NCBI GenBank assembly: GCA_963833585.1
Contig: CAWHYF010000005.1
Span: 769,774-833,773, forward strand
Direction of reading: 5' to 3'
DNA length: 64,000 nt
Origin: an uncultured Acidimicrobiaceae bacterium
GTDB taxonomy: Bacteria; Actinomycetota; Acidimicrobiia; Acidimicrobiales; RAAP-2
The notes beneath the pieces are model-generated. The model worked only from the letters and a program-made list of their open reading frames with translations. It made no database searches and was not told the DNA's origin. The translations under genes were made by a program, and so were the position numbers. Of this stretch, positions 62,713-64,000 are shown piece after piece (the first letter of the stretch is position 1; every line of letters begins with the position of its first letter).

Positions 62713-64000
62713 TCAGGTGGTGAACTGGGGGAGCCACGCCGCCGTGGCCGCCAGGAGCTCCCCCACCATGGACTCGGTCCGATGGAGGTCGCCCCGACCG
62801 GCCAGGGGGTCGAGGAAGAAGGCCGCTTCGGCCAAGGCACGGTCGCCCTCCACGGCGGCGGCCACCGTCAGCTCGGCGACCGCCACGTGACGACGAACCA
62901 GCTCGTCGTAGGGCGCCGGCAGCGGGGCCACGTCCCGACCCCGGATACCGTCGCCGTCGACCACACAGATCGATTCGACCACCGACGGTTCGGGCACGTC
63001 GGGGACCTGGCCGGCGTTGGGGATGTTGGCCGGGAGCTCGCGCCGCTCACCGGTCACCAGCGAGTCGATCACCAGGGCCGGGAGCTCGCCCGAGAACCAG
63101 GTCTGGAGCTCCTTGGTGCCTGCTAGCCAGGCGTCGACGTCGGCGACGTAACCCGCCTGGTGCTCCTGACGGGTGCCGATGGAGGTCAGCTCGAGGTTGA
63201 AGTCGGCCCCCCAGTGCGAGGCCTCGGTCAGTACCCACGGCAGGAACTCGGCGATGTGGCGGTCCCCGGCGGCGGGGAGGGCACCCCACTTGTCCAGCAG
63301 CGTGAGTTTGAGGGCGTGACGTTGGACGAAGTCGAGGCGCGAGAAGGTCTCGGCCTCGGGGCGGCCGGGGTGGGGGCCCAGGGCGGCCAGGCCTCCGGCC
63401 TCGTCCACCATCTCGGCCAGGATGGTGAATCCGTCCCTCCCGTCCACGTCCAGGGCGGTGACCACCGGGAAGTGGTTCACCCCGGCCACGGTGGGCCGGA
63501 CCGCCTCGGCCGGGAGACCGAGCGCGATGGCCAGATCCATGGACCAGTTCCCGACCTCGTGGCACAGGCCGACGGCCCGCACCGAGGTCTGCCGGCAGAC
63601 GGCGCGGGTCAGGCAGGACATCGGGTTGGTGATGTTGAGCAGCCAGGCGTCGGGGCAGACCTTCCCCATGTCCTCGGCCACCCCCACCAGAACCGGGATG
63701 TTGCGCAGGGACCGGCTGATGCCCCCCGGGCCCACGGTGTCCCCCACCGACTGGCGGATGCCGTACCGGGCCGGAATCTCGAGATCGAACCCCATGGAGT
63801 CGAACCCGCCGGTGGAGATGGTGACGATCACGAAGTCCGCGCCGTCCAGGGCCTGGCGTTGGTCGGTGGTGGTCGACACGGTGGCGGCGGCCCCCATCGA
63901 CTCGTTGAGCAGCGCGGCCAGCGACGCCATCTTGTCCAGCGGGGCGGGGTCGATGTCCTCGAGGACGTAGTGGGCGCCCCGGAGCGACTCGGTGCCCAGC
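62713..64000 (-). CDS. Glycoside hydrolase family 4 (NAD+/Mn2+-dependent glycosidase), 5' end outside the window
   Basis: NITNPMS...VGLCHE signature of GH4. The frame stays open to the window edge. Confidence 0.8.
   Translation of the reverse strand, partial: LGTESLRGAHYVLEDIDPAPLDKMASLAALLNESMGAAATVSTTTDQRQALDGADFVIVTISTGGFDSMGFDLEIPARYGIRQSVGDTVGPGGISRSLRNIPVLVGVAEDMGKVCPDAWLLNITNPMSCLTRAVCRQTSVRAVGLCHEVGNWSMDLAIALGLPAEAVRPTVAGVNHFPVVTALDVDGRDGFTILAEMVDEAGGLAALGPHPGRPEAETFSRLDFVQRHALKLTLLDKWGALPAAGDRHIAEFLPWVLTEASHWGADFNLELTSIGTRQEHQAGYVADVDAWLAGTKELQTWFSGELPALVIDSLVTGERRELPANIPNAGQVPDVPEPSVVESICVVDGDGIRGRDVAPLPAPYDELVRRHVAVAELTVAAAVEGDRALAEAAFFLDPLAGRGDLHRTESMVGELLAATAAWLPQFTT

Overview
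Very GC-rich (about 70 % by eye) actinobacterial chromosomal window, almost fully coding and mostly on the minus strand. Many gene junctions are 4-nt ATGA/GTGA overlaps. All calls come from reading the supplied translations and DNA; no searches were run.

Layout:
- 0-28 kb is a conserved housekeeping backbone. From memory, its order mirrors the Mycobacterium tuberculosis Rv2718c-Rv2785c region: nrdR, chiZ-like LysM gene, lexA, hflX-dapF-miaA-miaB, ftsK, rnj-dapA, dapB, M16 peptidase, pnp, rpsO. All six succinylase-branch DAP genes (dapA, B, C, D, E, F) lie within 24 kb.
- 28-52 kb is more accessory:
  - a peroxiredoxin, an enoyl-CoA hydratase and a HAD-IB hydrolase;
  - a 912-aa membrane protein with a kinase-like module and a flippase-like domain;
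  - a SpoIID protein with six 42-aa repeats;
  - a Wzm/Wzt ABC-exporter glycan locus that contains clpP;
  - tRNA-Leu(UAG);
  - a lipid or steroid-side-chain-like beta-oxidation cluster;
  - NagB-like, alpha/beta-hydrolase and TauD genes.
- 53-64 kb is one tightly coupled operon that runs off the window: GH4 glycosidase, HIBADH-type reductase, class I aldolase, FGGY kinase, LarA-like nickel-pincer racemase/epimerase, and a Liv-type ABC importer. One ATPase of that importer is fused to a 12-TM MFS domain.

Main points of interest:
1. The LarA-centred operon and the MFS-ATPase fusion are the best candidate for an undescribed system.
2. At least 16 single-nucleotide frame disruptions fall between 27.2 and 50.8 kb (pnp, wzm, a glycosyltransferase, a methyltransferase, an SDR, a two-domain acyl-CoA dehydrogenase, an enoyl-CoA hydratase). 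None was detected in the flanks. Several of those resolved to the nucleotide sit in G/C or A homopolymers, so assembly error must be excluded first.
3. Three perfect short tandem repeats sit directly against the ribosome-binding sites of three unrelated transcription units.
4. Three phased LexA boxes lie between lexA and the chiZ-like/nrdR genes.

No CRISPR array, transposase, integrase or rRNA was seen.
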